Position numbers and translations under genes: made by a program. From contig JASLZZ010000006.1 of NCBI GenBank assembly GCA_030754595.1, positions 1-40,668 of the forward strand: a DNA stretch of 40,668 bases, written 5' to 3'. Below the pieces are notes generated by a model that was given only the letters and a program-made list of their open reading frames with translations, was not told the origin of the DNA and made no database searches. This document shows, piece after piece, positions 36,940 to 40,668 of the stretch. Every line of letters starts with the position of its first letter. Position 1 is the first letter of the stretch. Source of the stretch: Nitrospinota bacterium. Its GTDB lineage: Bacteria > UBA8248.

Positions 36940-38052
36940 ATGTATAGAAACCTGAAGACCTGTATTTTTACTATTCCTCTTGCCCTTCTGGTGGCTGCGT
37001 CCGTTCCCGCTTTCGGCGCAACGGAGATCACCCCCCAGGAGAAGAAACTCATCCGCGCAGCGAAGAAAGAAGGCACCGCCACCTTCCTCAATCCCTGGCT
37101 CCAGGATCCCACCGCAAGAGCTATGGGTGTGGCATTCCGGAAGCATTACGGCCTGGGAAGCGGCTTTAAGTTCAACAGTATCCGGAAAGGGACCGGCGCT
37201 ACCGTGGCCACGGCGCGTCAGGAAATCAAGGCCGGAAAGTTCACATTTGACGCCGTGATGGCTCCCCATGCCGGCTTTTATTACGCGGCCGCCAAACGGG
37301 GCGCTTTCGCGAAGCTCGACAGCGGCCACTGGAAGAACCATGCCGACGTCGCCACCAATGCAGGCCAAATCTACAATTACCCCTATTTTTTAGCCGTTTA
37401 CGCCTACACTTTCCAGCCGGTCTGGAACGTGGGCTGCCCCGGCACGAAGGGGCTCAACATCACCTCCTACGCCGACTACAAAAAACCTATTTTCAAAAAC
37501 AAGACGATCGCCAGCGACATCAGTAAGAGCGGCTCCTATTCGATAACGACGGTTGCCCTCGAGGAGGCGGGATTCGATATAAGAGGCCTTTGGAAAACTT
37601 ACAAGGCGACCAATCCCATCCTGATGTTCCGGACGGAACCGAAGATGCAGACCGTCATCAACTGCGAACGGCCAGTCGATATGTGGAACATCTCGGGACG
37701 CGTCTTTCAGAATATCCAGAAAAAACCCGAGCTGGCGAAGGTGCTCCGCTGGGGCACCTACAAGGAAGGCCAGGTCCTCCTCGGCCAGCAGATCGCCGTC
37801 CCGAAGGGTGTAAAACATCCCAGCGCCGGCAAGCTTTTCGTGGAATTCATGCTGACCAGGGAAGGCGCGGACGTATTCGTCTCGCACGAGATTAGCGTCT
37901 ATACCTTCCTGAAGGGCTATAAGCCTCCTGCGTCGGCGAAGAAGTATCAGATGGACCTTACAAAGGTGAAAATTATCGGAATGAAGGATTGGGTGGCTGG
38001 AACGAAAAAGTTCAAGAAAATACGCGCTGCCTGGTCGAAGGTTTACAAATAA
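36940..38052 (+). CDS. ABC transporter substrate-binding protein (Fe3+/thiamine/AfuA-like class)
   Basis: Signal peptide ending VPAFG, LIRAAKKEG, KHPSAGKLFVEFMLTREG; followed by an FbpB-like permease. Confidence 0.85.
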   Translation: MYRNLKTCIFTIPLALLVAASVPAFGATEITPQEKKLIRAAKKEGTATFLNPWLQDPTARAMGVAFRKHYGLGSGFKFNSIRKGTGATVATARQEIKAGKFTFDAVMAPHAGFYYAAAKRGAFAKLDSGHWKNHADVATNAGQIYNYPYFLAVYAYTFQPVWNVGCPGTKGLNITSYADYKKPIFKNKTIASDISKSGSYSITTVALEEAGFDIRGLWKTYKATNPILMFRTEPKMQTVINCERPVDMWNISGRVFQNIQKKPELAKVLRWGTYKEGQVLLGQQIAVPKGVKHPSAGKLFVEFMLTREGADVFVSHEISVYTFLKGYKPPASAKKYQMDLTKVKIIGMKDWVAGTKKFKKIRAAWSKVYK

Positions 38053-38082
38053 CCGCTAACAGCGGCGAACCGACTCAATCGC

Positions 38083-38118
38083 GGACGGGGGGCCCGGCGA
38101 ATGCCGGGCTCCCCGTCC
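38083..38118 (+). other. Intergenic 16-bp stem-loop after the binding-protein gene
   Basis: GGACGGGGGGCCCGGC-GAAT-GCCGGGCTCCCCGTCC; no U-tract, so more likely mRNA-stabilising than an intrinsic terminator. Confidence 0.7.
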
Positions 38119-38158
38119 ATATTCCGCCGAGCGGACTTCAGCCAATTATCAGGATCTC

Positions 38159-39907
38159 ATGACGACCAATACTGTTTCGCGAAACGTCGAGAATGTAAGT
38201 TCGAGTCGGTGGCAGAGCCTGTTCACCCAGGAGTCTCTCCTCACCGGTGCGGTCGGGTTCGTCGTCGCCGTCTCCGTAATCCTGCCTCTCCTCGCTCTCT
38301 TCGTGAACAGTTTCCTGGTGCTTGACGATCTTGGTTTCGACACCGAGTGGGGCCTGGGCAATTACAGAGATATGTTCCAGGGTCACGTCATCCAGAAAGC
38401 CATTCTTAACTCCGTCATGATCAGCACCGGAACGATGGTGATGGCTACCGTCCTCGGTGTTTTCCTCGCATGGGTCAACGCCCGAACGAACTGCCCCGGG
38501 CGCGATGCGCTTGAAACCTTCAACCTGATCCCATTTTTTCTAAGCCCTTTCGTGGGGGCGATCGCCTGGCACAACCTGGCCTCACCGAAGGTGGGCCTGC
38601 TCAACAACCTTGCTCGGGAGATTTTCGGCATCAAGGGCCACATCCTCAACGTAGACAATATTTACGGAGTGATATGGGTGACGGCGATCTTCTTCACCCC
38701 CCTCGTCTATCTTTTCGTCATCGGCTCGTTACGGCGGATGGACCCCGCCCTTGAGGACTGCGCGCGCACAACTGGGGCCGGCCTTCTCCGCACCACCTTC
38801 TCGGTCACCCTTCCTCTCGTGACGCCGGCCATCCTCTCGGGGGCGATCATTGTCTTCGTCACGAGCGCCGGAGAATTCGGCGTCCCCTTCAAGCTGGGTG
38901 CACCCTACGGCTGGGATACGCTTACGACCCAGATCTTCACCAAGGCGGTGGGCGACGACGCGAACCACTATATGGGTTCGGCCATGAGCATGATTTTGGG
39001 CGTCACGACCGGCTTCTTCATCTGGATCCAGCGGCGCATCATCGCCCCCCGTGAGTTCACAACCGTTACGGGAAAAGGTTTCCGGCCGAACATCATCAAC
39101 CTGGGCCGCTGGAAATGGCCCGTATTCGCCTTCAACATCTTTTACATATTCATCGCCGTCTTCCTTCCGATCATCTCCCTCATCATCGTGAGCCTGCACA
39201 GGATATGGGTGGGGCACATTATTCTGTCCGACCTGACCATATGGAACTACGTGAAGATCCTCCACTTCTGGGCGCCAGACCGCTTCGATACCGTCACGAA
39301 CGGCGTCATCAACAGTTTCATCCTCGCCTTTTCGGGGGCGACGATCGCGATGATCCTCGCCATAGTGGTCAGCTACATGATCCACCGGACGAAGGGAATC
39401 GGTTCGACCCTGCTCGACTTCCTCTCGGTCCTGCCCATCGGATTCCCCGGTATCGTGCTCGCCATGGGGGTGTTGGTCACCTACATCAAGACCCCCATTT
39501 ACGCGACGCTGTGGATCCTGCTTCTGGGCTACATCACTCGCTTCTTCCCCTACGGACAGCGCAACGTGTCGGCGATCATGCTGGCCGTCTCCGAGGAGTT
39601 GGACCAGAGCTCACGCATGTCGGGCGCGACCTGGCTCACTACCCTGCGGCGGATCACGATCCCCCTGCTCAAGCCAGGAATATTCGCCGGCTGGCTGCTA
39701 TTGTTCGTCATCTTTTTGCGCGAACTCTCGATATCGATCATTCTCTATACGTCGGGAACCGAGACCATCTCGGTGGGCGTCTACTACCTTCTGGAATTCG
39801 AGAATGATTCCCTAACGTCCACCCTGGCGATCATCCAGACGGTCGTCCTTCTTATATGTCTCGTGATCTTCCGGCGCATCGCCGGACGAGAAGCCCTGAC
39901 CGTCTGA
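38159..39907 (+). CDS. ABC transporter permease, FbpB-type with duplicated domain
   Basis: Two EAA-like loops (DPALEDCARTTGA, ELDQSSRMSGA), EFGVP, TVTGKGFRP. Confidence 0.9.
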   Translation: MTTNTVSRNVENVSSSRWQSLFTQESLLTGAVGFVVAVSVILPLLALFVNSFLVLDDLGFDTEWGLGNYRDMFQGHVIQKAILNSVMISTGTMVMATVLGVFLAWVNARTNCPGRDALETFNLIPFFLSPFVGAIAWHNLASPKVGLLNNLAREIFGIKGHILNVDNIYGVIWVTAIFFTPLVYLFVIGSLRRMDPALEDCARTTGAGLLRTTFSVTLPLVTPAILSGAIIVFVTSAGEFGVPFKLGAPYGWDTLTTQIFTKAVGDDANHYMGSAMSMILGVTTGFFIWIQRRIIAPREFTTVTGKGFRPNIINLGRWKWPVFAFNIFYIFIAVFLPIISLIIVSLHRIWVGHIILSDLTIWNYVKILHFWAPDRFDTVTNGVINSFILAFSGATIAMILAIVVSYMIHRTKGIGSTLLDFLSVLPIGFPGIVLAMGVLVTYIKTPIYATLWILLLGYITRFFPYGQRNVSAIMLAVSEELDQSSRMSGATWLTTLRRITIPLLKPGIFAGWLLLFVIFLRELSISIILYTSGTETISVGVYYLLEFENDSLTSTLAIIQTVVLLICLVIFRRIAGREALTV

Positions 39908-39949
39908 ACTGCGAAAAAGCTACACTCCTGCAAACACACGAGATGACAG

Positions 39950-40057
39950 ATCCTTTCGGTTGGAATCTACTACCTCCAGGAGTACGAGTCCCTGACGGTG
40001 GCCCTTTCCGTCGTCCAGACTTTCGTCCTCCTTTGTTGCGTCTTCATTTTCCGTCTC
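39950..40057 (+). pseudogene. Fragment of a diverged paralogous permease C-terminus
   Basis: ILSVGIYYLQEYESLTVALSVVQTFVLLCCVFIFR aligns with TISVGVYYLLEFENDSLTSTLAIIQTVVLLICLVIFR of the upstream permease. Confidence 0.75.
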
Positions 40058-40261
40058 TCTTCATTAGTGAATAGTCCGCCGGTCGAAAGATGACAAACGA
40101 TTTTCTGGGTATGATATTCCCAACAAGGCAGAGCACGTAGCAGGGAGGCCCTTCAGTAACTGTCGGGGGAGGTCGTGGAGGGTCCCCTACCTCCTCCCTT
40201 ACGAGCCAAGAGTGGGGACGGACTTCTCGGCAGGAAACACCGCCCGAGGAAGGGTGAATAG

Positions 40262-40301
40262 GCCGAATTTTGAGAAATGGAGAGCGTAACCGCAAAATTC
40301 C
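40262..40301 (+). promoter_or_regulatory. Motif A module, copy 5
   Basis: GCCGAATT-TTGAGA(40270-75)-17 nt AATGGAGAGCGTAACCG-CAAAAT(40293-98); closely matches copy 2. Confidence 0.65.
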
Positions 40302-40343
40302 ATTACGTTCATAATAAGGGAAGGCCAAAAAAGGAGAAAATCC

Positions 40344-40417
40344 ATGACGCTAGGCGATCCGGCTGAATCCAAAAATTTCAAGCTACTGGGACACGACCCG
40401 AGCGCCGCCTGGGGAGG
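40344..40417 (+). pseudogene. 5' end of a gene interrupted by the IS3-derived element
   Basis: AAGGAG RBS and ATG 40344, MTLGDPAESKNFKLLGHDPSAAWG, running directly into the IS left end. Confidence 0.55.
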
Positions 40418-40668
40418 TGATCTTCCCCCTCAAAACCGGTCCATGTTGAATGGGAGTACTTTCAGTATTCTTTCGGTGTGACCGCCCAATCCGGGGGGAT
40501 TTAGATGAGCAAGAAGCGTCATACACCCGAGCAGATCATATCCAAGCCGAGAGAAGCAGAAGTTCTTCTTTCCCAGGGCCAGAGCGTGCCTGTGGCCTGC
40601 AAGCGCATCGAGGTCTCAGAGCAGAATTGCGGGATGAACTCTTGAATCTGGAGAGATTCGATACGCTA
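40418..40668 (+). mobile_element. Internally deleted IS3-family (IS407-like) derivative, left part (runs off the window)
   Basis: Left end TGATCTTCCCCCTCAAAACCGGTCCA; orfA start 40505 MSKKRHTPEQIISKPREAEVLLSQG..EVSEQ joined directly to the orfB tail LRDELLNLERFDTL. Confidence 0.88.

Noticed and set aside
599..39807. Many long overlapping ORFs (e.g. 1369-2637+, 15824-17035-, 20258-21562+, 28381-29349-, 35274-36374+)
   Set aside because: They are antisense or off-frame shadows of clear genes in GC-rich DNA, with no recognisable motifs.
1..40668. CRISPR array or cas genes
   Set aside because: The repeats are dispersed and degenerate, not regularly spaced with unique spacers, and no Cas-like ORF was recognised.
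1..40668. rRNA or tRNA genes
   Set aside because: No cloverleaf or rRNA-conserved sequence was recognised by eye.

Overview
GC-rich bacterial DNA carrying about 30 mostly unlinked catabolic, redox and transport genes in mixed orientation. These include an OYE-type flavin oxidoreductase, a PIG-L deacetylase, a molybdopterin oxidoreductase, a CCG Fe-S protein, a divergent sucC-sucD-double-MaoC operon, IlvD/Edd, AraD1, a TIM-barrel/Tm-1-like pair, a solitary hisG, an amber-interrupted DctP, an acyl-CoA dehydrogenase-like protein and an Fe3+-type ABC binding protein plus permease. An IS5 fragment lies at the left edge and IS3-derived mini-elements at about 23.2 kb and the right edge. I saw no transcription factor, rRNA, tRNA or CRISPR array. 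The most striking signal is non-coding: most intergenic spacers carry copies of a few short recurring modules. Motif A is a sigma70-like promoter module found upstream of five unrelated genes or ORF starts. Motif B is a ~28 bp repeat that forms inverted pairs. Motif P is a 13-5-13 palindrome, and motif C is linked to it. Together with gene remnants, this suggests a cassette-like mosaic assembled by small mobile elements (inference). All protein calls come from motif recognition by eye; no database searches were run.
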